A stretch of 64,000 bases of DNA from Rhizodiscina lignyota (lineage: Eukaryota), in contig ML978124.1 in assembly GCA_010015805.1 (NCBI GenBank), forward strand, positions 806,001-870,000. Direction: 5' to 3'. Position numbers and translations under genes: made by a program. Under the pieces are notes generated by a model. It did no database searches and was not told the DNA's origin. It saw only the letters and a program-made list of their open reading frames with translations. How positions within the stretch are numbered: position 1 is the stretch's first letter; every line of letters starts with the position of its first letter. Shown one piece after another: positions 35,926-49,200 of this stretch.

Positions 35926-37647
35926 ATGGTTGGTGTGCCAGGTAGATCCAAGGCGTGCAATACATGTCGAAGACGGAAAATAGCCGTGAGTCAGCCTTTC
36001 CCATTGGCGTAAGTGAAAGACTGTGCTGACCATTGGCTGCCCTGCACAAAGTGTTCTCTGGAGCGCCCTCATTGCTTCCAGTGCATCAAATCAGGGCGAC
36101 AATGCCTCGGTTACCAGAAGGAGCGAGTCTTTGTCACTTCTGCTCCGTCCTCCGAGCCATATGCAACCTCGTGGCGCCCAGACGCATACAGCAAGACGAC
36201 CGAAGAGCCTCAGCGGCCCGTTGCTGCGGCTCATACTGCCGCAGTTGTTCCATTGGTCAAACCAATCGCAGTCCCCCGGAACGAAAGCTTGGAGAAGTCT
36301 GCCATCCGTCAGTCTGTGCTTAGCACGTTCCTATCGTCAAGGCTCCACCAGGCCGCAAAGAGTGGCGCAAGAGCTATATCCTGGATTGCCATGATACCCG
36401 ACTTACCGCAGACCACCCAAGCTCTGGAGATGGCCGCATTTGCGGTTTGTACTGCCAGAATTGCTCGCAGCTCGCTATTCGATGTCGATGACCGTTTAGT
36501 GCATGAAAGCTTGAAACTGTACGGCCAGGGTTTACAAGCCACTCGACGAGCACTATCGGACCCCAAACTTATGTGGAAGGATGAGGTATTAGTTGCGTGT
36601 GTACTTCTTGGCCTTTATGAAGTCTTTGAGTGCCCATCAAATAGCCGCTCGGGTTATCTCAGCCACTTCGACGGTTGTGCGAAACTCATTCAACTACGTG
36701 GTCCACATGCCCATAAGCATGGCATTGCACATTCCATATTTCTCGCCTTCAGGACAATGGGCGCGCTCGAGTCCCTGATCCGCAAAAACACGTACCTTTC
36801 TAGGCCATCTTGGAAGACTATACCCTTCTCTGCCATTCCAAAATCACCTTTTGACAGGGTCATTGACATTTATCTCGAAGCGCCAGCCATGTTTGCCCTC
36901 GCTGACGAACTTGTCAAAATCACCTCACCATACGAGCAATTCAAAAAGGCCACTAACCTTGCCGAGCTCTCCTGGGATCTCGATCGCGCACTAAACGAAT
37001 TCTACGACGACCTAAAGGCCTCGGCCAATGGTCCGCTATACTGGCCGGTGTTCTCGACAACTTCAGAAAAGGTCAAGGATCTCGAGCGGGAGGAGGAACC
37101 AGACATCTTCCCCGTTCAGTACGAGTTTATCGACGGCAGAGTGGGGGGCACAGTGATGTTTTACTGGGCAATATGTCTCATTCACCATTCCGGCATGTGC
37201 CAATTGTACAAATTACTGGACGAATTACGTCCGCTGGTGATTGCGGCAATGAAAGAATCCGAAGACAGCGGAGGAGAAAACGAGACCATCAAGCTGGAAC
37301 AGCCTCCTTTGGAGCACCGCAAAGATTTCGTCGAAATAGCCCGGAATATATGCCAAGGAGTCGAGTTCTGTATTCAGGACGACCTGGGACAATCGGTCGT
37401 GACGTCGCCACTGAATATAGTCATCAATATCCTCTGCCAGTGGCCGGGGCTGTACGATCGGGAGATTGAGTGGGCTAGGAGAGCGTTGGATCGATTAGAG
37501 CAACGGGGAGTCGCGATTGTCAAGTATTTGCCTCAGCACACTCCCGTTGGTGAAGGCAGGCCGAGTCTAGAGGAAGAGTGGGAGCAACTGTCACCCGCGC
37601 AGAAACAAGGGCGGGCTGAATGGGATAGTGCGTTTGGCGAATGGTGA
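35926..37647 (+). CDS. Zn(II)2Cys6 fungal transcription factor
   Basis: Intron 35986-36051 gives MVGVPGRSKACNTCRRRKIA|CSLERPHCFQCIKSGRQCLGY, followed by a fungal-specific TF domain (LLGLYEVF..HFDGCAKLIQLRGP). Confidence 0.92.
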
Positions 37648-38432
37648 TTTATGATGACATCTACATGTCAACAGTACGACCGACGACCGACGATAGAACT
37701 TCATGTCCGCTATGCTTGTAGGTTTTAGATGTTTTCTGGACGAGGTTCCCCCGTTAAGGCTGGACTGATACCGTTAATTGCTGCGGTGGCTGCGCGTTGT
37801 GTTCTTTGGCATCGAGCGTCTGCTCTGTTTGTTACTTATGGCTTTGAAAATATCAATTACATTTTGACTTGCTCTTTCGACGACAGACATCAGTGATTCA
37901 TTCGTGGCTTGTTCTCTGGGCTGGCTCTGCTCACCGGCCGCCAAAGCGGGAGTGCGGGCATGACATAATCAGGGTCAGGCTCGGCAAGCCCCGCGCTAGT
38001 GCGCGCGCCTACGTTCTCTGGCCATAGCTTCTTGTGATAGCGCCACCTACTGCCGAAAGTTCACCTAAGATCCAAACACGAAATTCACTGCACCCTCGAC
38101 CATCTTTGCTTGTGTTAAAGCATGGGTTGTGTCTTCTTCTTGAGCACACCGTTTGACACGTCTGCCTGAATTTTTAACGCCTCGATCTTTCTTCCGGGGC
38201 CTCAACAAGCAGCCTTGCTACGTCACCTTTTTTTTCTCCCTTAAGGCTGAAGTGCCAGGCTACAGCTGCGGCGGACGTGCAGGAGCTATCAATTCATTCT
38301 TGAATTCTGCTCCCGCGCCTTCACTGCCTTCTTTTCTCGTTTGGAAGCAACAACTGGTTGTAGCTTTCGGGCACGCACTCGCTCGCGTTGATCGATACAT
38401 ATTCTGGTTGGCCTCGTTGCAGGGATTCCGCT

Positions 38433-41400
38433 ATGGAGCCAAACGACGACCGCGATGGCACTGCACCTCCACCCACCACGGTTCACAGTTCGCGTGCCCC
38501 AAGCTCGGAGCCTTCTTTGCCTCGCCGCGACCTTGAAGAGGATGCCGATACATCAGTGACCAGAAAACGCCCGCGCTTGGATAGCGGAGACCGGGCCACC
38601 AGAAGCATGTCGGCCGACAGAATATTATCCATGTCAACAAAGCCTGAGCCTCAACACTCCGCGGATGCGAACTCTGTCGAACACCACCAGAACTCTACTA
38701 ACGCTGAAGACACTCCAAGCAAACTCACCATCACCGTTCGACCACATCTAACTTCTCCTTCAAATGAAACCATCACTGACACCAGTCTTTCTGCTGGCAA
38801 CAATCACAACGGTCTTCCTACACCACCTGATGCCATGAATATCGACACGATGACGCCATCAACACCAACGAAAGAGCCTCACGACATGCGCGATGAGAAT
38901 GCTCGTAATGATTCTCTGATTGACGAAATGAAGAGCTCGCCGCCGGTCGTGGAAGTCGACGGGTCGCTCGATGATGGTGTTTCGGCACCAATAGTCACCA
39001 TGGATAACGAGGAATATCTGAGCCCCGCCGCTTTGCTTGGGTCTTTTCCCTTTCGCCAGCCTCACGAGACATATATCCAGGCGGCCAAGAATGTTACAGA
39101 AATGATGCAAAGCGGCACCCTCAAGACTGAAGTGCTTCGAGGTCTCTCTGACTGGATTGAGGAACACTTACGAGTCACTGCTCATTCTGAAGACCTCTGG
39201 GCCGACTTGTATTGTGAAGATAGCCCTTTTTGGGAGGAGATTGGCACAGGTTTCTCCAAGCTCTCCAACCGAAGTAAAGTTCAGTTCCTCGACAGCACTG
39301 TGCAACAAGGATTTGCGGCTGTCGAAAAGCTCGTCAGATCTTACGTCCAGCTCTGTGCCCGGCTGTTACGGGTCGATACATTTCTTCTCCAGCAACTAAA
39401 GGAGGACGAGGAAAAATTCCGACTCCTCTGCGCGCGGTATCTCCGAGCCATGGCGCAGATTGCGCAGTGTCCTTGTGGAGGCGACGACGGCGGCATTCGA
39501 GATCTGCTCACAAAAGCCTACACCCGCACACAGACCAGAGTTACGATGCAACTACTTGATGTCTTCTTCAGCGAGTCCGTCAACGGAATGCGTTCGCTTG
39601 TACCTTTCGCGGCGCATTGCTTTGAGTGGTCTCACCGACACGCAGGACTCTGCCAGCCTCTTTTGTACGCCATTAAGATCACCACTGGCTTCGCGAGATG
39701 CGTCGAGGAAAATACGATGCATTATGGGCAATTGACTATCGACCCGCAACTGCAAGCTCCGTTCATCACGACTGCTGTGCAAATGTTTCGTGCTATTAAT
39801 GTGCATCTTCAAGATTGCGCCGGAAAGGTTTCTTTTCTACCAAATGAAGTCCGCAGGAGTCTCTTCGACACCACCTCTTCTCTCCTCATCGAGCTCTCAC
39901 GATTGTCCGAGGAGCAGGCGACTCTTCTTTTCCAAGCTCTTGTCGGTGATCCAAACTCGTGCCCTAAATCTCTCCGGCCGGAACTCATTGGCCATGTATG
40001 GAAAATCAAGACCTTGAAAAAGCACATCGCCAAAGGCAAGATGGAGATACGGGTCATGGGCGTTGATATCATGCAGCACCTGCTGGTGTCAGTGTGGCAG
40101 GAGCGCGACAGAAACGGCAATGACCCAGTGCTGCAATATCTGGTGACGGTCCTGTTGGAGGAAAAGATTATCAACTACATGGTTGGGGTCGACTCTCACC
40201 CGACTCTCATCTCACGATGCGGAAACATCATTGGTCTTCTTGCTGTGACACACAGATATGGACCCGCTGAAACGGACATTATCTGGAACACAGTCGCCAA
40301 CAGCCCAGATCCTCGTGTCGTCGCCGCTACACTCCAAATGTTCTCGTCAATCCTGAACTTAATTCACATGCCAGATGTGCTGCATATTTGCAAGAAAATG
40401 GAAGAGCTACCGATTGCAGCTTTCAATGTTGATATCGTCCAATTTTTTCGAAGACTTCTCGGTCGAGTACGGGGTACCGATGGCAACACCAGCATCCAAG
40501 AGTGGCATGACAGCCCCGATAGAATGAATGCATACCACCTCTGCATGCGCATGACGAAGGAAACTTTCCCTGGAAAGTCTCAGGTGCCGCAGTCGAAGCA
40601 CATCCACGCCGAGGCCGTGACGGAGTTATTAGGGCTTGCTCAATCGGGCATGTTGGCGGACCGTGCGCTCATTTATGCAGACCTCTTGAAAGAGATTCAA
40701 GCTCGCTCTCCAGAGACAGGGGCAAATATGGAAGTTCTGTTCCATATGCTCAGAAACTGTTTCGAGCAAGATCTTGACACTGCCATGCAACTTGACCTCT
40801 TCAGAATAACAATTGAAGAGCTGCGCAGCTATGTCCAGGTCAGATCGCAAGAATCGTCTACCACGAGCGACCAGAGCTTTTGGCTGGCAGAACTTGGGTC
40901 GAGACTTGACCTCGTGGTCCTCCTCTTGCACCGTAGGCCTGGTTCCGCGCCAGAGGACCTTCTGCGCCCTCTGTGGGATGTCATGGTTGGAGACGAAGCA
41001 ATCAATAACTCTGCAAGAGATGCTGCTTGGTACAAGCTTGCCGACATTGCTCGACCTCAAAATGTCCACCAACCGTTTCTTGATCGGTCTCTTACTCAAT
41101 ACCTCCCGGAACTGAATCCTCAATATTACACCCCTCAGCTGTATTCCTTCATCGAAAAGGGAGTCAGATATCAACTCGTCCTTCAAGGAGGTGCTCGGTT
41201 GAATGGGGAGGGCCTCGTTGATGTGCCAAGTGCAGACTTAATGTGGCGTGCAATGCTCTCCGCACCAGTCGGCACTATTGAGGACGCTGTGAGCAAGCTC
41301 CTAGCTGCCGCATACAATGATACAGCTCTTGGCAAATTACCAAAGACTGCCATTGAGGCGACACACATTTTTGTTGCCAACAAATGCGTCAGTGAGATGG

Positions 41401-44400
41401 TCAAAGCAGCCTCTGAGGCCCAACCACAGACTATGGATTCTAGCGACGCTATGGAAACTGAGGAGCCAAGTAATGTCGTTTCTTCAGTGGTACGCTTCCG
41501 TCGAACGGTCTTCTTCCTTGGGACGTTATTGCAAAGCGTACGAAGCAATACAGCATTCATTACAGCTCCAAAGCCGACTATTGATACGGATACTTTGCCA
41601 GACATCAATCGTGGTGATCCAATCATCATTAAGTATCAATCGTTCAACGGCCATGTAGGTCCTTGGGAATCGGTTGAGGTGGGCGACCTGGAGACACGGC
41701 GCGACCTCTACGTTAGACTCTCTAGGCGAACAGGATTCCAAAACTTTTTCATCATCTCTTCCGGTCAAAGATTGAATCTGCTGGACAATGCCTCACAGAC
41801 CCTGCAAGAGTGGGGCAAAGCTAAGACACCAATACTGGTGAAGAAGGATACGAATGCTGCAGATTTTACCGACAATAATCTCAGCGTGGGACGATGTGCC
41901 ATGGAGATGGAAATTCTGAAGAGCTTTGATAAGCTATACGCCCTGATGGACCGAGATGACGAATTGGCTCGACTGACGTACGATTTTCTGGCAAAATTCC
42001 CACCGCACCAAAGCACCCAGCTTGGTCCGTTATGCAGCGGAACTGCAACAGTGGACGACGCATTCCCGGCCGGCAAACTATTCAAGACAAGATACAGTAT
42101 CCGCTGCCTTCAAGCACGCCTTGAGTCACAACTGCGTTCGAGCAGCGTAGATTTGCCTTTCGTGCAAGGTTCCTTGCGCCTCCTCTCAGCTGCCTTTAGC
42201 TGCGGCAGAGTATCCAGAGAATCCAGCAATGATCATCTCGACATAACGGTGATCTCTGAAATGGTGCATTGCTATTTGAAATTCCTTAGGGAAATTCCTA
42301 CCAAGGCTGAGGATATTCCTGACGGCGAGATCTTGGCTGACCAACTCCTGGCCGTCTTGGAGAACTCTATGGCATCTTCACTAGAGATTCTCATGTGTGA
42401 GACCTACTACACGATATTGCTTGCATCGCTGCACTGGCCCTCGGTATGGAATAGACTTCAAACGAAGGACCTGGAAGAGCTTCATAAGCAACTCCTACTC
42501 GTAGATTTCCAACCAGGTCCGATACCGAATCTCGGCAATGCTGAGCGTCCCACTGTCAGAGCCAACATATCACATTTCATCAAGGAGCTCATATCAACTG
42601 ATCTCCCGTGGGCGTGTGTGACCGCAAACGAGATTGCAGCATTCTTCTGGAAGTTGTTCGTGCCTATGCTCCCGGAGACCATCAATTATGAAGCCCATTC
42701 TGTCGACTTCTTTCACATCGCGGATAATGTTTTTGTTAAGCTCTACGAAGAGTCGGATGAATCGAAATTGAGAGACGACACAGATGAATTGAGAGTGCTT
42801 TTTGAGACCTGGAGTGCTCTGCTTCTAGAGCACAAACCCGAAGAATTCGCCGGGCGAGATGAACGTGTTCCTATCGTCTATGGCTTTGCCCAACTGCTGC
42901 GACACTGTGCTTACTTCCTTCGGCAAAGCGCGAAACCAATACAGGCTGATCAGTTTATTGAAGACCTTTTCGACCGATTCCTCTTTCCGCCCTTGGCTTT
43001 ATCTGAAGCCGATCCGGATGCAACGGCCGCGGAGCTCATGCCATTACTCGATACACTTACGCGGAAGAGAGTCAATCAATTGATCTTGGCTTTATGCCAG
43101 AGCCAGGAGAGTTTGAAAAAGATGATCGCTCGCGCGAACGACTCACTTTTCGACTATGATCCTCAACAAGGTCTTTACTGGAGAAACCGTACACTCCGAT
43201 CATCTACTGGACTTGTTGGAATCAAGAACCTCGGTAACACATGTTACATGAATTCGTTGCTCACTCAACTGTTCATGAATGTTGCATTTCGAAAGTTCAT
43301 TCTCAGCGTACCGGTACAGGAAGATTCCCAAACTCAGCCGCTAGTCTGGAATATGCAGGTTCTCTTTACGAAAATGCAAAATGGATATGGGAAATATGTC
43401 GACGCTACGAAGCTTACGCAGTCCATCAGAACTTTCGAGGGAGAAGCAATCGACATCACGCAACAGATGGATGTAGAAGAGTTTGAGAATTTGCTCATCG
43501 ACCAACTTGAGGGCCAAATTTTGGATCCGGTGTCTAAGCAAGTTTTCCGCGACTTTTATGGCGGCCAGATGATCAATCAGATCAAGTCGAAGGAATGCGA
43601 GCATGTTTCGGAAAGACTTGAGCCTTACTTTGCAGTTCAATGCGATGTAAAGGGCAAGAGTAATCTCTGGGAGAGTCTACAAGCCTTTGTCGAAGGAGAT
43701 GTGATGGAGGGAGACAACAAGTACAAGTGCGAATCATGTGGTGGCCGTTTTGTCAGCGCTGTCAAACGGGTCTGTCTGAAAGATGTTCCAGACAACCTCA
43801 TCTTCCATCTGAAGCGCTTCGACTTCGACATTGGCACGATGCAGCGGAGCAAGATCAACGACCTGTTCGAGTTCCCAATGCGCATAAACGTCCACCCATA
43901 CACCATCGAGCACCTCAACAATCCCGCCAATGCAACCGAGGACAACTTTGACTTGGTTGGAGTATTGCTACACAAGGGCGTTGCAGAGCATGGCCACTAC
44001 TTCTCTTATATCCGCTCGCGACCTGGTGTAAACAACGAGCCACCGAAATGGATTCAATTCGACGATGCAGATGTGACAGAGTTCAACCCGTCAGAGATAA
44101 AGGAAAAATGCTTTGGCGGCTGGATGGACCCGAAAGAGGTGCCTCTTATTGACGGCCAAATTCTTCAAAAGGGTTACAACGCGTACATGCTTTTCTACCA
44201 GCGAGCAAACACAATCGAGCGCACCGATACCCTCATCCAGCAACCATTGCCAGGACCACCTGGCCCGCCCAAAGTTGCAGTGCCGGAAGCGCTTGAGAAA
44301 AGTGTCGCTGGCGAAAACGAATCAATGCTTCGCGAGTACGCCACCTTCGATCCAGAGCACATGGTCTTCATTGAGAACTTGCTTGGCAAGCTGCCATCAC

Positions 44401-46125
44401 TCCAAGGCCAGCAGTCCTGCTCCAACTCCCATGAATTTGAAAAGGCATCCATCAAACTCGCCATGAGATATCTCCACCAGGTCTATAGTCGCACAAAGGA
44501 TGTGCAGGCAACTCAGAGAATGTTCAGACTCATACGCAACATCATCGGGGATTGCTTGACCTGCAATATGTATGCCTTGACTCTCATCGCTCCAGAGCAA
44601 GGCGAGGAGCTGGAAGACACGAACCTCTTCCTCGATCTCACGATTCGTACAACCCTCGTCATTGTTCGCCACGAGTTTGCCGAGTTGATACTGGACATTC
44701 TCATGCTTCTGCGCGAACATGCGGATCTCGAAAAGTATGGCGTTCCCAATTGTGACGATGAATTTGACCCAGACCATCCATTTTTTGGCGTGGCTCCTGC
44801 AATTATTAGAATCTCGAAGGTTTGCGTCGAAACCATTCCGAAACTGGCCCTCAACCTCCGAGCTTGGGATGACTTTTTCAATTTGGTCCTTCGAATAGCC
44901 GGATTGGGCATTGGAGAAGTCAGCGCTCTCTTGTCTCATGGAGTATTCCAGATGTGTCTGGAGATCCTCTGCTGCAGTTGGACCCACCAGCGAGAAGAGC
45001 CTGAGTGGAAGAGACTCTACAAGCTACTCGAGAAACGCAGAGCACCTCACAACAAGCTCGTTGAACTGGTCCACATGCTTCTCAGCTCTATCGACCTACA
45101 GCAAGAAGTTGCCTTTGACAGTGAAGATCGCCTCGAGACTCTAAACGCGGAGACATACAAGTTCAGTCTCACTCAAAAAGAAGAGGCGCTTCTCACGGCC
45201 TGGGACTCCAGGAATGACGAGTATCCTCTGATTATGCGCATGTTTGATGCCTGGGATTATTTGCCGAATGAGCCATGCTACCCAAGCGAGATCCTGGCCA
45301 TCCTCATGAACGCAAACCTTGGGAATCCCCGCCAATTCCAGACCACTATCAGGAATGGACTGGAGGGGTATGGAGGTACAAACCTACAACCATTCTACGA
45401 TGGTGCCGCGGTATTCTGTCGTCAGAGCCATCACCGTCAGCTCATAATTGATATCCTCGACTTCTGTGTCGAACAAACCTTCCACCTTGATGCAAATAAT
45501 CTGGGCGTGCCCATACTTCGCTTCTTCAATACAATAACGAAGGCAGAAGCAACCAGTTCCTGGAAAGGTATCTACACACATTTGATGCGGAAGGTGGGTA
45601 GTTGGGCTCCGAATTTGTTGATGGATACGGATCACGCTGTACGCAACAGCACCTTCGACTTCGCCTTCGAGGTGCTCGTGGACTACACAATTCCAACGCT
45701 AGAGGAGCCATCCCAATTTGACAAGGAGAGGGTTAAGGCTGTTCACAGTTTCATCATTGAGGGAAGCAACAAATTGCGCCGTTCATTCAACACACAACAA
45801 CTTGGAAAGCAATCACTCTCGTCCATTGTCACCATGCTAGTTGATGCTGCGCAGTTCCTGCAGGATCTGAACAAGAGCGAGAAGCCGGGAACGATCGCTC
45901 TTAGGGACAAGATTGATGACGATTTGATCGCCAAAGTACATGAGCTTCGCCAGGAGTACGAAAGCTGGCCGTTCGAGGATTCTGAAGTGGCACAATCTGG
46001 TACGTTCAGCAAGTTCATCCACGAGCTACTTGACTACTCTTACTAACACAAGCTGTTCGCTACCCGCAGACGAAGAGTGGCCGTCGGACGGGCTTCTCAC
46101 AGATGATGAGTACCTCGACAATTGA
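38433..46125 (+). CDS. Large ubiquitin C-terminal hydrolase (peptidase C19; USP34/USP24/USP9-like)
   Basis: Cys box GIKNLGNTCYMNS, QQMDVEEF, FHLKRFDFD, His box HKGVAEHGHYFSY, FDD, NAYMLFY. 3' intron 46000-46069. Confidence 0.95.
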
Positions 46126-46677
46126 AAACTTCTTCTGATCGATCGACCTTCCTCCACAAATGTCTTATTATTTGCCTTTGCAAAGCGAGCGCATGATACC
46201 GCATTTGGCGAGAGACTCTTTTCCTTTTTTCTTGTTTTTTCTATTGGCACTCTCTTTGCTTTACACACCATTGTCTTAGCGTTGCAAATGGGCTGTTAGA
46301 GGATCAGCGGCAGAATACGTCCTAATCTTTTCAGCGCCCTTGGCTTGAATGGGACACTGCCGCTGTGCGCGATCACTGATGACGATTGACGACAAAAGAC
46401 TACGGAATTGGGATGAGTTCGGCGTTTGGTGTTTTTTGCTCGACATGAAAAAGGCGTGTATCATATGCTCCGGTCATCCGGGGTTGCTTCTACAAAGAGA
46501 CATAGTGTGGCATCAGCTTTTGAGCCTGTGAGCCTCTTTCGGTTTCCATACTTCGACGTAACTATTTCCAAAGATGCGTGCTAGTGAATGGATACGTATG
46601 TTCAGAGCTGTATTGCGCTTTTACTGCCAGGTCGAGGCATTCATAAGCTAAATCACATTAGTCGCACTACCTCTCTA

Positions 46678-47424
46678 TCAGATCCTACATAGCGCCTGTA
46701 AGGATTCTGTCGTGCTCTGTTTAGTTTCCTTCACCAGTCCGGCAATGGCTCTGAACTCTTCAATTCCCGCATCTCCCATGCATTCGTATAGCCAGCTCTC
46801 GCTCGTCGTCACAGTCGCACCTTCAGCTCTCAACCTCGCTAATGCAACAGGCACTTCCTCCTTATTACAGCTCGATACGCCATCCGCGAGAACGTATACC
46901 TTGTGGCCGGCCGCCATGAGGTCTAACGCCGTCTGCGTCACGCAGATATGACTCTCAATGCCCACTATTACAGCGGAGTACCTCTGGTTCGGCTGCCTGC
47001 CGAGCGCGTTCCTCACCTCCGGCGTCCACATGGAGAATTTGGACTTGTCCGAGTGAACCAATGTTTTGATACCATTGGGGCCGTCGGAGTCAAGACCAAG
47101 CTCAGAACATGTCTCGCCTAGCTTGGCGCGCTGTTGTGTCGTTGCGAGGACGGGGATGGAGAGGATGGAAGCGGCGCGCAGCATCTTCTGCGTCGTGGCA
47201 ATCACGCGAGGGTACTCGTAGATGGCAGGGCGGAACTTCTCCTGCAGGTCGCATATGCTATCGCCATGGTGTGAGCAGATGTGTAGGAATCCGTTTGGGT
47301 GGCTGCTCGGGTGGGCGGAGAGCGTACAATAGCGCGGGATTCACTGTGGATTGGTTAGACATGTGCATGAGGAGCTTGCAATACTGGAGGTTGGGTACAA
47401 CTTACAAATTCTTCGTTTGGCCAT
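46678..47424 (-). CDS. Isochorismatase-family hydrolase (ISOC/YcaC-like)
   Basis: Exons 47424-47406, 47343-47328 (16 nt) and 47257-46678: MAKRRILNPALFICDLQEKFRPAI..DKSKFSM..GIESHICVTQTALDL..LADGVSS. Confidence 0.92.
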
Positions 47425-49200
47425 CTTGCAGTCTATTTGGGTGATCAATTGACAGATTGTCTCGTGTGAGACATGAACTTCTCTGCGGACCTGTCTTGAC
47501 CTGCGGGGGACGTTCGGAATTAAGGTGGGGTTAATTTCTGCCAAGCCTCTCTCGGAGAATAATTCGAACGTTTATCCGTAACGGCGTATTGGCTGACGAC
47601 GGAAATGGAAACACGAATGTTCAAGGCTTCTGGGGCTGAAATGAAACACTTCACTCGCATCGTGGTCGCTAGCTCCAGCTCATCTGAATGGCTGCCTTTA
47701 CTTCATCAACATTTCCTCTTCCTCTGCGCCCGTTCCCGCCTGTGTTTGCCGGTGTGCTTTTGCATTTCTTGGCCTCTGGGGAAAACGTGCCGCAGGGGTT
47801 CAGCCCTGCCGGCGCGTGTTTGGGGAAAGTGGAAATATCGAGGCGGAGAAGCCTGTCCCTGATTCGTTAGCGCAGCGTGATGTCGAGGAGCAGGAGCCGG
47901 AGAGTTCAGGTGAATTTTCGCCGTCACGCAGCGGAAGGAACCGATGCAGATCCACGCTAGAAACCCGTGCCTCCTCGGTGCAGGAGGCGCTTAGGGACTG
48001 TATGTATGTCTCTCCTCACTCAACATTAACTGATCAGGGCTCCGCGATGGCAAAGAAGAGAGGCGCAGCATTGCCTCTCTTTCCAAGGACCCTCACACGA
48101 TGGTGATGTCAGGTGAAGACCTTGCAGATTTGGGACGGTCCTACATCACAGCGTGAGGCGGTTGACCAGCTTCGCCGGCCGCTGCCCGAATGGACAGGAG
48201 CTTTTACGATTTCTAGCCTCTCGACAAGGGAAATGATCGTTCAATAGACGCTGGATCTAGGCACAGCATATTAAAGTTGCACTGGAGTGCCGCTTGATTC
48301 CGTAAAAGATCGTTGCTGACGAGAGGAGTGAAGGATGAGAGTACCAAGTCGCGAAGTACTGGCCTTCACCATGCCACGCCGAGACCGCTCAGCCCCAGTA
48401 AAGGCGTGAGAAAGGCTAGAGTTCTATTTGGAGCGCCCCTCGAGAGTTATTGGTGACCCTGACTCTGCTGCAGCGCTGTACGACAGTTGTGAGGCTATCG
48501 ATTTCGCTTGACATCCCGAGTGAAGCTGCAGGCCGTGATCATATGGCTGCCCTGATGGGCGTCCTTGAATTAAATGACGTGACAGTATTATGCAGAAGGG
48601 CATCCGAATGGGCCTTTTGGGTGCTTTGTCCTGAGTCTCGGTGTGCGGCGTGGAAACATAAGTGCAGACTGATTGCGCGCGCGCAGGTTGTCGTTTCGGT
48701 GTGGTGGTGCTCTGCTCGTTTGGCGCGCCCGGCATGCGTTGTTCCTCCCCGTGCTTGAATCGATTTGGTGATCTCCGAAGGTCGAGTTTAGCCTCCATCA
48801 CGACTTTCCTCGACACCACACTGCACCGCCCCTTCCCGCCGCCTTTCCCCCCCTCAGCGCGTCTGTTTCTGCGTGCCAGACCCGCCAGCTGCATCAGCTC
48901 AAGAACATCACTCAGCATACACGCATTGGCTACCGCTCATTCCTGTGGCGTCCCGACTGTTCAGCTTCTCATCCCGCATTGAGAGCAGGGGCAATTGGCC
49001 CACCTTCGTCCACCAGCCCTACGACTGCACCCGACGCGCCTCTATCCCTTCATTCTACTTGCAAGGCCAGCGAGCGAGCCATTCCACTTCTCTCTGGGCT
49101 TGTTCGCGTCTTTCTCCTCGACGCAGCACACGCACCACCGACACTGCTCCTCACCTGACATCTAACGGCAGCACAAAGAGCTGGGCCGTGCCGATATTGC

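Noticed and set aside
29013..37647. Secondary-metabolite gene cluster (enoyl reductase plus TF)
   Set aside because: No PKS, NRPS, terpene synthase or other backbone enzyme in the window.
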